Origin: Piromyces finnis finn
Taxonomy: Eukaryota > Fungi > Neocallimastigomycota
Direction: 5' to 3'
NCBI GenBank assembly: GCA_002104945.1
Contig: MCFH01000006.1
Coordinates: forward strand, 1,250,211-1,314,210
Length of the DNA stretch: 64,000 bases
Part shown: one piece after another, positions 15,826-30,466 of the stretch
Numbering within the stretch: the first letter of the stretch is position 1
Layout: each line of letters starts with the position of its first letter
Notes under the pieces: model-generated
Databases searched by the model: none
What the model was told of the DNA's origin: nothing
Seen by the model: the letters and a program-made list of their open reading frames with translations, nothing else
Position numbers and translations under genes: made by a program

Positions 15826-17562
15826 CTTTTAAATATATCATATTGTTGTTGCATTTATTATATTAAATTTACGAATCATAAATTTTGAAGAAAAAAATAA
15901 ATAATATAAATAAGTAAAAAAAAAAAAAAATATTAATTTTAAAATAAAAAAAATATGTTATAATTTTAATTTTAAATATTTCAATGATATTAATAATATT
16001 TTTATCTTCTTATTTAATATTGTATGATCAAAAAGGAATTCACTAAATTTTGTTTATATTATAATTAATTTGAAATGATTTCTTTAAATATTTAGATCAA
16101 TTATCCATTTCTTAGTTTGATTCTTTTTCTTAATAATAATATATACAATAGATTTGAACTTTTAATTTTATTTTTTCTATTATATTATATTACACTATAT
16201 TATATTATTTATATCTGAATTTTATCATATAATTTTTTTATTCCGCTTATCATATATTTGATTTACATTTGATTTACATAATTTCTTACTGTTAAATTTC
16301 ACATAGAGAAAATATAAATGTTTATTTTTATAATTACTCTTATATTGTTTCTTTTTATTCATAAATATACTATAAGTAAAATGAATGAATATTAGATAAT
16401 TACTATTTCATTAAATGTATTCATTCATTTTCTTTTCAAATGATTATTTTTTAAAATCTTATTTGTAGAACTATTAATTTTCTTATTACAATAATATATA
16501 TAAATATAATATATTAATAATTTAAATAAAAAAAAGGATTTGTACTTTTGTCTTTTATATATATATATTTTTTTTTATTAAAATGCTTTTAAAATGTTTT
16601 CTTTATTCACTAAAAAAAAAAATAATAAAACAAATCTTTAATTTATTTTTTTATTTTTTTTTAAAAATTTAATTTAAAAAAAAAAAACACTGTATTTTTA
16701 AAAAATATTTTTCTTATATTAATATTTTTACAATTGATTTTTATTAATAACTTAATTCTTAATAATTAAAAATGTTTAATTAAAAAATATATATTTATTT
16801 ATTAAATATATTTATTAATAATGAATATAAATTATATATATATAATTTTTTTTAAAAAAAAATAATGAAATTATGCTTAATAAATAATTACTACTTTATA
16901 GCATTATATAGAATATAATACTTTAATATTGTATCTAACGAGATACTTTTTTTTTTAAATGATTTAATAATTATTCCATCTTTATGGAGAATACATTTTT
17001 TTATTTAATTATTTCAATATTAATAATTTAATTAATTAAAAAGTGTTATTGTTATTAATAATTTAATTATTTAATACATTACATTTTATTTAAATTTTTT
17101 AAATATATTTATTATTATTTGATATCAATTATAATAAATAAAGTTTCATTATAATTAGATATTGATATTCTGATTTTCTTTTTTCTTTTTTTTTTTTTTT
17201 TTTTTTTCTTTTAACCTCTTAAAATAAGTAATTTTTTTAAAAAATAATAATAATAATAATAACAATAATTATATTAATCTTAAAAAAGTATTAATATAAT
17301 AGATAATATATTGTACTTTTATACTAAAAATATTAAAATAATATTTTTAAAATAGCATAAAAAGTATATAATCACACAAACTACAGTTAATTAAAATATA
17401 ATTTTTGTTTATGGAAAAATAAAAATAATTAAAAGTATTTAATTTATTTTAATGTTAAAGTAAATAAAATAATTAACATCAAAATAACATCAAAATACAT
17501 TAAAATTAATTTGAAAATTATTGTATTATATAAAATTCTTGTTTATTTTAAAATAAAAAAGG

Positions 17563-20346
17563 ATGAATGTAAACATAGCTTATATATTTTATTTATTGGT
17601 TTTAATAACATTATTTAATCTTTGTGCTTCGAAGAAAAGTGGTTTATATCAGAATCAAAGTCAAAACCAAGTCGATTCAGATAGTGAAGGCGAATACAAT
17701 AATAACAATAATAATGAGGAATATATTGCACAACAAAACAATGAAAAGAAAAGTGCACTATATGGAAACCAACAACAATATCAAGAAGTAGACGATAGTA
17801 CAACTTATGAAGATAATAACGCAAATGTTCAAGATTCAATTGATAATAATGAAGAATTAAAAACCCGTCATCAATTTAAATACTCATTTAAAAAACCATA
17901 TTATTATTACAATGATACAAATATTATACCAAATTGGAAAATTAAAGGAGGTATAGCATAATTGTATTTGGATATTATTTTATAAATATATAAAAATTTT
18001 ATATAATTATTATATATGTTAATTTTGATAATGATATGATATTATCAATAATTAATTATCTTATTTAATATCCTTAAAGATGTTATTCCTGCAAATGATA
18101 TGATTCGTCTTGTTCCATCTGTACCAAATAAAAGAGGTAAATTTACTTAAAAAAAACCATCAATATAAGCAAAATAATAATAGCATGTCTTTTGGAATAA
18201 AATGTAATATCAGGTTCAATTTGGGGTGATTTACAAAATCAATTCAAGTAAATATATGTAATTTATTTTCTAATAAATAAAATAAAATATTTGAATAACA
18301 CGATATATAAAATATTTTTTTCTAAATAAATAATAATAATAATAATAATGATAATAAAAAGTGATTGGCAAATTGTTCTTTCATTTAGAATTTTCGGTAG
18401 AAGCCTTTCCGGTTCAGAAGTAAGAATAGTAAAAAAAAAAATAATATGTATAGTAAACATTATTTTTAATATTATCTATATATTTAAAAAGGGTATGGCC
18501 TTATTCTATACAGATAAGCAATTAAATGTTGATTCATTCTACGGTGGAGAACACAAATTTAATGGTTTAGCCATTATTTTTGATTCTACAAATAAAGATC
18601 TTAATGTAATATACTTTTAAGCATATTTAATCTAAAATTTATTCAATTCCAAATTATTTTTCAAAATTAAATTATAATCACTAATCACTAATTCATTATG
18701 TATATTTATCATTAATATAAACACCCTGTAATTATATAATAATATCTTAACTACATAATCACAATAATAAATAGTCAAACATTCCTACTATTAATGTATT
18801 ATATAATGATGGAAATACTGTTATTCAAAGTCAAAAGGAATATAATGATATTAGAAAAAGTTTATGTGTAGCAGATTTTAGGTATTATTAATATAATTTA
18901 AATAATCGAAAAAAAGTATATATAAAAACTAAAAACATTATTATATTTTATATAAAAAAAGAAATTCACCTCTTCCAGTCTTTGTTAGAATTACCTATTT
19001 AAATAAATATTTAAAGGTTGAAGTTGATTTAAGTCATGAAGGTAATGAATATTATGAATGCACCAATGAGAAAATTGAATTACCAAATGAGTAAGTTATT
19101 TTTTTTTTACTTTTATTATTATTATATTTATTTATAAATATATTTAAAATAAAACAATATAATAAATATATATTAATTTAATTTAAAATAAATAGCTACT
19201 ACTTTGGTCTCGGTGCCAAAACTGGAGATGGTGTTCCAGATGATCATGATATTTTAAGTTTTGATTTTTATCAATTAAACCCACCACCAAAAGAGAATTA
19301 TAAATATAGACCAAAAGAGGAAGAAATTATTGAGCGTGAAGGAGAATATCATATTGATGATGAAACTTTAGAAGTATATATAATAGATGCTATATAGATT
19401 TATCACTACTCCTATAATATATTAACATATTATAATATATTAATATATTTAACAATTGTAGCATATTAAAAGAGTTAATGAACAACTTGTTAAAGAAAAA
19501 ATATCAAAGGAAGGACCAAAGGAAAAAGTTGTTGATGTATGTATTATAACTGATTTTTCATTCGTAGGATAAAAAAATTAATTAACAAATAAATAATAAT
19601 TAATTAAGAATATTACTATTTAATAATTTAATAATTTAATTTATTTGTATTTATTATATAATATTTAGGCCCAAACTGTTCAATTAACCCAATTTAGAAC
19701 TCTTGAAACTGTTAATAGAATACTTTCACTTATACAATCCCAAAAATATTCACGTGAAACTTCAAACCAAAATGAATATATTGATGATTTGAACAATAAA
19801 TCAGAACAATTAATTTCAGATATTAATGTAGTCTATGAAACTCTTGAAACTCTCAAAAATAGTGTTGAAACTTTAAATGATTCTGTTGAAAGAAATTCTC
19901 AAAAAAATGATTATAAAATCAATTCGGTTGAAGTAAGTTTAAAATTACGCAATTAATATTTACTATTTATTAAAAATTCTATGATATATATTTACTAATT
20001 TTAATATAAATATTAAATAAAGTCAAAATTAAATCAAAAATTATCATCTGAATTCAATAAAGTATTAAATGAATTGAGAAATGTTAAAGAAGAAAACAGA
20101 AAATTAAAAGAAACTACTCAAAATCTAACTAAAGAAACTAAAAATCAACCAAACGTTTGGCTTGTAAGTTATATTCAAAATAAAAGAACTATTTTATATT
20201 TCTTTATTAATTTTATTACCCATAAAAAATATCAATAGGTTGTTATTGTTTCATTCTTTTTAAATATGATTGGGTTATATATAATCGTTCGTGTTTTACC
20301 ATCATCTAATGGAAATATTGACTTATTCAAAACTCATAATTATTAG
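17563..20346 (+). CDS. L-type (legume-like) lectin cargo receptor, ERGIC-53/VIP36/Emp47 family; multi-exon type I membrane protein
   Basis: Signal peptide, then HQFKYSFKKPY..PNWKIKG, DMIRLVPSVPNKRG, WQIVLSFRIFGR..EGMALFY, FNGLAIIFDS, YFGLGAKTG..PDDHDILSF. A coiled-coil stalk and a TM segment (VVIVSFFLNMIGLYIIV) follow. Stop TAG at 20344-20346. Confidence 0.85.
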
Positions 20347-20618
20347 TCATTGCAAATAAAATATAAAAAGAAAAACAGTAATTTATAAAAAATTAGAAAT
20401 AAAAAATGATAAATCTATCAAAAATAATAAGAATAATAAGCTAAATAATGCAATTGATTTGCTATTATTTAATAATATTTTTAAAGAATAATAAATATAT
20501 ATATAATAAAGATCTATATTACAAAAGAGCATGTATTTAAAATAAAAAATAAAAATCTAATTTTAGTATTAATAAAAAAATTATCTGAATATTAATTTAA
20601 TTATTTAATTAATTAATT

Positions 20619-20900
<282 letters not shown>

Positions 20901-21093
20901 TTATTTTATTTTATTTTATTCATTAGAAGATTAAATTTCTATTTGTAGTAATGTTATAATAATTTTTACCATATTTAATATATAATGACAAGTTAAATTT
21001 CAAAATTTCATTTAATTTTAAAAGGAAATTTTATTTTATCATTTAAAAAACATAAATAGAAATTAATAAAATAAATAAAAATGAATTGAGAAA

Positions 21094-22928
21094 ATGGAAG
21101 CGGAGTACCAACAAACTGTTGAACAATTAAATCAATTAAAAGAAATTATAAATTTAGATCCTACAAATCAAGAAATCATTTCACTCTACAATGACTTGAC
21201 AAAATTAAAAGAATTGCAAGAAGCAAGTTTATTAGAAGAAAAAAAGAAAAAGCTCTTAAACATTGTAGATGATATTTCAAATTATTCTAAATATCCTATC
21301 CAGGAAACAGATACATTTAGTGATAATAATGTAAATTCTACAACTGTAACTACCACTTCAAATTCCACTACTAATAATGAATCTTCCACCGAACTTTTTA
21401 ATAAGTATATATTAAATGCAGAAAATCTAAAAGAAGGATTAAAATGCTGCATTCCTCTGGAAAATGAAGGACATATATTTTTTTTACCGGGTATGATAAC
21501 AGAAATGTCTAGTGAAAATGATACCTGTAAAGTTTTGTTAATCACACCTCTAAATGAAAACTTAATTCCTTGTAAAAAATATAATTGTAATATGAATTGT
21601 AATCATTCCCACGGTATTGAAATTAATAAAAGTTTGGTTTTATCTCATAATATTTTAGATACCTCAACAATTACTGAAAGAGGTATATGTTTTGCAAAAT
21701 ATGAAGACTCTATTTGGTATTTGGCAAGAATTATTAAAATAATTGAAAATAATGATACAAAGCAAATAAAAAAATTTATAGTGAAATATAAAGGATATGA
21801 TGGATATGAAGAAGTTACACCAAACCATATTATACCTGTATGCGGAATGGATATAGAAAATATTGAAAATGAATGGCCTGATTCAGAAGATTATTCTACA
21901 GATACCGATTCTGATACTGATTCTGATTCTTCAATTATATATTCTTCAGATATTGACACTATAGATATAAGTTCATCAAGTAATAACAATATTAGTATTT
22001 CTGATACTCTAGAAATAATAAATAAAAGCGCTTTTGGCGAATGGGTATATTATTCCTTGACTATAATATATAAATTTATATATTGTATACTTTAGATATA
22101 AGAATGTTGTTTCTTTTTTAATAAAATGGTGTTATATAATATATATATATATATAGGAAAAACATACCAAAGGAATTGGATCACTTTTAATGAAAAAGAT
22201 GGGATATGAAGAAGTAGGTTTTCTTATACATGATATACTAAAAATCTTTTTAAATTTTTAATACAAATATTAAATATATAATACTGTAAATATTATACAA
22301 ATAGGGAAAGGGTTTAGGTCTCGATGGTGAAGGTATTGTGAATCCTATAGAAATTGTGATACAGCCACCAGGAAAAGGTTTAGATTTTGAAACAGATGAA
22401 ATAGAAGAATTAGTTATAAAGAGAAAACAAGAACAGGAAAAAAGAAAACTAAATAAACTAAAGAAAAGACAAAAAAAAAGAAAATTGAATAGTATGGAAA
22501 GCATTGATTCTGATGTTTTTGATTTCCTTAATATCAATATTAATAAAAAAGCTAAAGGTAGACTTTATACAATTGAATCTAACAAAAATGAAAACCAACA
22601 AAATGAAAATAATCATGATAGTAGTAATATTACTAAAGAAAATTCTTTAAAACGCCGAAAATCAGGAATTGATAGTAAAAAAAGTAAAAAAGAGAATAAT
22701 ATGAAATTACTTCAAGTACAAAAACATATTCATGATTTAAATCAGCAAATTGAAAAAGCTAAAGAACGTTATGAAAGAAATAAAATTAGGGATAAAATGG
22801 TGGCACAACAGTACAAAACAAAAATTGAAGAATTTAAAAAAATATTATATACATTAGAATTAAAAGAACGTCAAATTAAAAACTCTATATCTGATTCTAA
22901 AAAGCTCTTTTCAAAATTTGAATTTTAA
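21094..22928 (+). CDS. ZGPAT: Zinc finger CCCH-type with G-patch domain protein; exons ~21094-22044, 22157-22215, 22305-22928
   Basis: N-terminal SPF30-like helical hairpin, CCCH-like finger (CKKYNCNMNCNHSHG), Tudor-like CFAKYEDSIWYLARI, G-patch [38 protein letters not shown], and a C-terminal coiled coil. This is the ZGPAT domain order. Confidence 0.85.
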
Positions 22929-23277
22929 AATGAATAGTGTAATAATATAATATCAATATTAATAAGAAAAGAAAAATTGAAAATTTTAAATGTTTATACT
23001 ATGTATTCTCAAAATTCTATTATGACCTATTACTTGTAATTTAATTACATTTCTCCAAAATCTTAGTACATGTATATTTGATAAAGTTTTTATTTAATTG
23101 TTTAGTTTTTAATTTTTATTTTTTATAATAAATTAAATATTATAATATAATATAATATTTATAATATATTAATAAAAAAAAAATTATCGGGTATTTATAT
23201 TTATAAGTAGATAATGATAATGTTTTTTTTTTTTTTCATTTAAAAATATATATAATTTTATAAATTATTTTTATATT

Positions 23278-24556
23278 TTACTCAGGTTCATATTTAATAA
23301 ACTCTATTGATTCTATTTTTTGGCGATCCCATGGACATTTATTTGATACTAGTGTTAAATGTTTTGCACAATTTTCACATAATTTATGACCACATGGAAT
23401 TATTACTAATATTAGTTAAAAATAAAAATTAATTATTTTTCCTAATAAGGTAAATATTATTTTTGTTGTTAACTGTTATATAATTTACCTTGACATTCCA
23501 TAGAATCAAAACAAAGTTGACATTCCTTTGGCTTTTCTAATATTTATAAAAATTAATTAATACATAATTTAATGATATAAAATTATTATTCTACTTATTC
23601 TTAATATATATACGATTCTTACCTTTTTTAGTATTCTATTTTAAAGTTGATTTTAATAGTGTTAAAATGTATATATAATAAAAATAATAAATTATATAAA
23701 TATTAATATAATATAATAATAGTATTTTAGAAAATTAATAAACATACATCAGTACTATTGTATTCTTCTTTTAACTTTATTAATTGTTCTTCATATAACT
23801 CATTAATTCGCTTAATAAGAATATCCTTTGATTCCTTCATAATTTTTACTTTTGCTCTAAATAGATTATCAATTAGTTCAATATTAACATTATCTTTTAT
23901 TTTATCACAATCATTAGTTGTAGAAGAAGAAATAATTGAAGTTTTGGATCCTTCTTGATTTTTGCTAATTAATGAGAAATTACTATAATACATTTCAATT
24001 TTATCCAATATATCATTCATAGTAACAATTGAATGTTTTCTTAATGCTAAAGGGGATAGTGATGGTGTATATGGGCTTGCAGTTCTAACGCATTTAGAGA
24101 AAAAATAATATTTAATAATAGTTGTATAAATTATAAAATATGTATATTCTTACTTTTTTCTTGATGAAGTTGTTATTAAATCATTTACTCTGTTTATAAT
24201 AATAATGATGATTATAATGATACAATGTATATCAAAGTTAATTAATATCTGGTATTAAAAATATTTAAATTAATTATAATTATAAATATATTTTACCTTT
24301 CATTTAATATTAACTGGTTATTAACAGAATATGTTAATTTTTTATTTTTTTTGGATGAAACTATTGAAAGATTTATATCATTTCTCTGTTCACTATTTTG
24401 ATCATTATGGGTATCATTATTATTATTTATTTTTTCATTTTCTTCTTTAATTTTACCTTTAATTAATTCGATGCATTCATTAGATTCTTTTAAATTTCCT
24501 GATGTATTGTTAAATATTTTTTTTATATAAGAAAAAGAGTACAATTATACAATTAC

Positions 24557-24604
<48 letters not shown>

Positions 24605-26892
24605 AATACCTTTTGGGAATGAAAATTGAAGAAATATAGTTTCTGATAGTATTACTAAGATTAATATATTATCATCTAATGTTTTTTTATGAATATCAGA
24701 CAGTTTTTTATATGGAAAATGTAATATAACATGCTTCATGTAAATATTATTATTTGAATTTTCCATTTTTGATTCAAAAAAGATGAAATTCTCATTTTGA
24801 TTTTTCATTTTTAAAATGTTTCCTTCAAATCTTAAATTATTAGGATATATTATTAATTTTCCGACTCCTAAATTAATCTATTTTTATTTTATATATTATT
24901 AAAATTGATTATATTGATTATTATTGCATTTAACATATAGTTGTTCTTAATTATTTATAAAAGATACTATTCAATTTTACATAATTATAAGATATAACAA
25001 TATTATTATATGTTGGATATTCATTTTCTTTTCCATCAATTTCTTCATTAATAGTATCATGGTATTCCCACTTTAATAATAATTGTATAAGTTTTATTGT
25101 AGTTTGTTCATTAGTTATAATCTCATCTAATGGTAATTTTTCTTTAGATTTTTTCTAATTATCAATTATAATAAATTATAAAATTGTAATAAATTATTAA
25201 TTAACAATCATTTATGTTAATTTTATATTTATAAAATTTACATATTCTGATGATGATATCGAGAAATCATAATTCTCTAAAGAAAATGGATCATCTTCAT
25301 CAGTATTTGATTCATGATCTGAAGAAAAGAAATTAAATTCTTCACCATTGTTGTTTTCTTCTTCTTCCTCTTCTTCTTTTTCTTTACCATAATGAATATT
25401 CAATAAATATTTCTTTTCTTCTGAATTATACTTTGATTTATTATAATAGGGTGAACTACTTAGATCTGAAAATAAATTAAAAGCATCATCATTATTAGGT
25501 TCTATTGAAATAGGCTTAAATAATGAAATTGAAGAAGAAACTATATCTTTTGTATCATAATTATTGTCTTCTGTTAAATATTCTGATTTAGAATATTCAA
25601 GGCATGAATTCGATCGATGATAATTAAAATCATCATTATTTGAACGACCATCTAAAAATTTACCCTGCTTAGATTTTTGCTGATGCGTATCTTCCTTTTT
25701 CTTTATAGCTAATGGAGATAAAAATTGAAGTCTTGACTTAAAATCAAATTTAAATTCATTACTATATTTAGTTTTTTTATCAAATAATAATTATACCAAT
25801 TATCATAATATATAAATATTATTTTAAGTATATACAATATATTATTATTTTCAAATATTTTAAATTTTAAAAATCAATTCAAAAATCTTAATAGAACATA
25901 GTTTATATATATATATATATATATATTAATATATAAATTTAATAAATAATTTATAATTTACCTGACATTATTTGGTCTGGAGTTAGTTAAACAATTTAAT
26001 TTAATGGGTTGGTTAATTGAATTGCTAATTCTTTTTTCCAATTCCAATAATTTATAACATTTTTCTATTTCTTCATAATCAACTTAATATTAACATTAAT
26101 AAATACAAATTTCGGATTTATATTAATAATTTTAATATTAAAAAATAAAAAATAAAAAGCATATAATAATTTGAGCATATAATAAATTATCAATTTAAAA
26201 TTATAAATTACTTGTTTTAAAAGAAAATTCCAATAATATATTTCTTGATAATATTATACTAACTTTAGAAGAATATGATTTTTCTATATTAAATTGTTCA
26301 TATGGAAATTTATATTTTAAATCTCTTTCATCTTCCCATTGAATATAACCATTAAAAAAATTTAATTGACCTAAACCTATTAAAACCTACATCAAGAAAG
26401 AAAAATTAATTTTGCATTATAAAATATTTTTGATAAAATTTTTCAATTAAATAATATTATATATTTGAAATTTTTATGTTTCTTAATCTACCTTATTACA
26501 TATTAATGAAACATTTTTATATTGATGATCTGATATATATTCTTCATTTGATTCACTCTTATTAATACTCCATTGTGAAATAAGATCCTTTGCTGAATTA
26601 AGTTTTAGCTTTTTATATATTAATATATAGTAATGTGTGTAATAATAATAAAAATTATAATACTTAGTTTCAAAAATCTAACATTTTCTAATATATAACT
26701 AAACAAATAGTAATAATAACATTAAGTTTTTACTATTTTTAAATGTGAAATGTCTTTCAGGTTTTTCATTGAATTCTTTTAATTATATTCTTGTAAATTG
26801 TAACTTTAAAAAAAAAAATTAAATATACCAATTGAATAATATAATTAGCAATATTAACAAATTTCCTTTGAAATATTATATTCATTTTACTT
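23278..26892 (-). CDS. Multi-exon hypothetical protein with C-terminal C3HC4 RING finger (putative E3 ligase); 5' end uncertain
   Basis: The last two exons splice to CQLCFDSMECQVIIPCGHKLCENCAKHLTLVSNKCPWDRQKI..EPE* (stop 23278-23280). Upstream open exons with GT-AG borders continue to at least ~26600. The start codon was not resolved. Confidence 0.6.
24558..24602 (+). repeat. (ATT)n microsatellite in an intron of the RING gene
   Basis: Seen directly; lies just inside a minus-strand GTATTT donor near 24608. Confidence 0.85.
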
Positions 26893-28241
26893 TTAAACTT
26901 TAATTTTAATTTATATTGTGGATTAAATTAAATTTTATATATAAATTAATTAAAAAAACAATTTTATTTTTTTAAAAAAATAAATTATAGTTAAAAAAAT
27001 ACAGAAAAAAAATGCTGGTAATAAAATTGGTTTATTTAAAAAATTATTTTACATCATATAATTAAAAAAAAAAAAACTTGAATTAAAATATTACCCTTCA
27101 AGATAATTTTTATTATAGATTATAGATCACAACAATTACATAGTTCTAAATCACCCTACTGTATAAACATTTTATATTTACTAAATAGTTAACTTCAATA
27201 CACGAAAAAATTCAATGCAAAAATTAATATAATTAAAGATTATTAAAAAGGAAAGAATTAAAATTAAAAATATTAAAATTATTTTGATTATAGAAGTATT
27301 TTATTTTATTTATAATAGAAATGGAAACAAAATCAAGAAATTAAACATTACTCGATGATAAATCAAAATACAGTTTATTCATGACTTAATAATAATAAAT
27401 GCTATTTTCTTACTTGTTGTGACTCCAATTATATTTTCTGTTTGATATATATATTTTCTATATCATACATATAATAATTTAAATTTACATTAGAATATAA
27501 CATGTTTTATCATTAAAAAGTTTAAAACTTAATAAGCATTTATAAAATAAGTAAAAGTTTATCAAGAATATTCCATTATATTATTATCACGTATAAAGAA
27601 AATAAAAAGGTATCCAACTTTTTAACTATACTATATTTTAACTATTTTTTTAATTATGATAAATATGATTGATTGAATAGTATTTTGGTTTAATTAAATT
27701 AGTATTCTTATTCTTTCATTTTTATTATTCTCTGAAAACCTTTCGTTTTTCTATGGTTTTTATAAAATTATCTGTAATTATACTAAATGGTTTATTCTAT
27801 TAACAAATTCTATTAGAAAATTTTTTTTTTTTTTTTTTTGGAAACAAATTATTAATCGCTCATAAATTTAAGTAAGATATAAAATATATTTTAGAACAAT
27901 ATATAATAAAAAATTTTTCGATTATATTTTTTTTATTTCATTTCATTTTGTTTTATTTTATTTTTCTCTTCATTGTTTTTATGAATTTAATTATTTATTT
28001 TATTCAATAGATTAAAATAATACTTTGTTTGTATAAATTAATAAATAATAATGTAATAATAAATATTTATAAAAATCTTAATGCATAAATATATTATTTT
28101 ATATTCTAATATTCTAAATTTATATAAAAAAGAATTTAAAAGATAAGCTTTTAATAGTTTCTAATTATATTAAATATGAGAAATTATTATATTATTTTTT
28201 TTTTTTTTTTTTTTCTATTTTAATTGAATATAGGAAAAAAT

Positions 28242-30166
28242 CTAATCCAATTCATCAACAACTTCTTCTTCCTTTTCAAGATGTTTAGTTTTAACGTATT
28301 CAGAGTGTTTGGAAATATCTTCATTTTCATTTGGGTCTTCTGGTCTCATAGTCATATTAACATATTTCAATGATAATTCATGAACACGTTCATCAGTTTC
28401 TTGAAGATCCATCTATATTGTAATAATTATTATAATTATAAAAATAACAATAATAATAATAATAATATAAAAAGCCATTAATATTAGTTTTATTTATTTT
28501 ATTTTAAAAATTTTGTTTTTGCATAATTATATTTATTATAATTAAAATAAAAACTAACTTCACGGATAATTGGGTATACTGAATGATTTCTTAAATATTC
28601 TCTACCAAATTTAGTAGTAGCAAGTAGAATTAAAGATTCAATTAATAATTCTCTCATGTAACTGTCAGGTTCACGTTTTTTAGTTGGTTCTAATAATTGA
28701 AGCTTATTTTATTAAAGTAAATAAAATATAAAATTTTTTTATTTTAAATTAAGTAAAAAAAAAACTTTTATATTATGGGGGAAAAAATTATTAAAATTAT
28801 ATTTACTTCATCTGGTAATGCTTCCATTTCTTCATCATTAAAGTCTTCTGGACCAGCAAGAGGTAACAAAATTCTTGGTAAAAGGTTAAGACCATCTGGA
28901 TTTAACATATTTTCATGAGCTTCAATATTAAAGCAACAATTCCTATATATAAAAAATAATATATAAATGTTTTTAATAATTAATTCTAATAACATTTTTA
29001 ATAAAGGATTTTTAACAACTAATTTTAATTCATACTTAATTGTTGAAATTACACCACCACGACGTAATAAACTTGGATGTTCAGTAAAGCAAATAATATT
29101 ACCTAAAAGGCAATTATATTCTGAATCTTCAACATTTCTAAGGAAGTGCTTACGACCTTGAGGTAACTTTTTAATTTTAAAAATATATTATTTAACATTA
29201 TATGATATTTTAGTACTGATATCATATTATTATTATATATATATATAATTTATTTTTAAATATACCTTAGTAATATTGGCGAAAACACCACTAAGATGGT
29301 CATAGTTAGCAAACTTATTAACTTTATTACTTTCACCTCTAACAAAGATATCAACTAATTTTCCAATAGTAGTAAATTCAGTTCGTAATTTAGTGTTATC
29401 ATCTAAATCAGCTCTTGGTAAAAGTTTATCAGCAACAACTTCTGATTTTGATAAATTAGATAACAACATGCAAGCAATGTCAGAATTTGGAGATTCGGTA
29501 TTCTAAAAATTATTGTAATTGATGTTTATTTTCAATAAAGAAAAGTTTTATTAATGTTTTAATTCTTAAGATTCCTGTTCAAAGATTATAAATTTGTTTA
29601 AAATGCTTACTAAAACAATCTTAATAACATCAGCTAAAAATCTTTCATCAGTCATTTGTTCAGCAATTTCAATTTTACTTGAAAGATTAATTAATGAAGA
29701 TAAAGCAGATTGAGCAATTAACTATTTATTTCATAATATACAAATTTAATTGATATACATATATATATATATTTGTATATATTATATATTTATATTGTTT
29801 TAGTATAAAATATATAGGCTTAATAGTAAAAATGGAGAAAATCCTGATTTAATTTTATATCAATATTTACAGGAGTATCATTGACTAATAATTTAAGACT
29901 TTTTATAGCTTTCTTATCTTCTGCTAAAAATAATGGAACATATTCTGGAGTATTACTAAAAGTTAAAACTTGCTCAACAGCAATTCTTCTAACTTCTGGT
30001 TTTAAATCTACTAAAAAATCGAAAAGCTAAATTATCAATTTTTTAACAATAATAAATTATGTAGTGGTTGTAATAAAAGTAAGTAGAAATTTCATTTAAC
30101 TAATTCAGTTAAAATTAATGCATAATTTATCATTATATATATATTTACTTCACTAATTGCTTCCAT
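28242..30166 (-). CDS. HGH1: HGH1/FAM203 eEF2 chaperone (multi-exon)
   Basis: Spliced motifs DIACMLLSNLSK, YDHLSGVFANIT, QGRKHFL, FTEHPSLLRRGGVISTIKNCCF, LLPRILLPLAGPEDFNDEEMEALP, KKREPD..LLIESLILLATTKFGREYLR..VYPIIRE. ATG at 30166; TAG at 28242-28244. Confidence 0.93.
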
Positions 30167-30466
30167 TTCTATTAATATTATTTATATTAGATAATTTTTC
30201 TTTTAAAAAAGAAAAGTTTTATTTTTGGCTGTAAATTATTTTTTTAAATTTATTTTATAATAAAAATCTTTTAAAATTTAAAGTTTACAAAATATATATA
30301 TCAAATAAAACGAATTCTATTTGGTAAAAATATATTTAATACAGAATTTTTTTTTAATTTTTTCCACAAATAATAATGATTAAAATTATATTAAATAATT
30401 TGATGATAGTACAAAAATGTAAATTTGTTTAATATATATAATACATAAAAAAATTAGAAAAAAGAC

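Noticed and set aside
15826-17562. Searched the PRE2 upstream region for a Rpn4 PACE element (GGTGGCAA)
   Set aside because: Not found; no regulatory site can be supported here.
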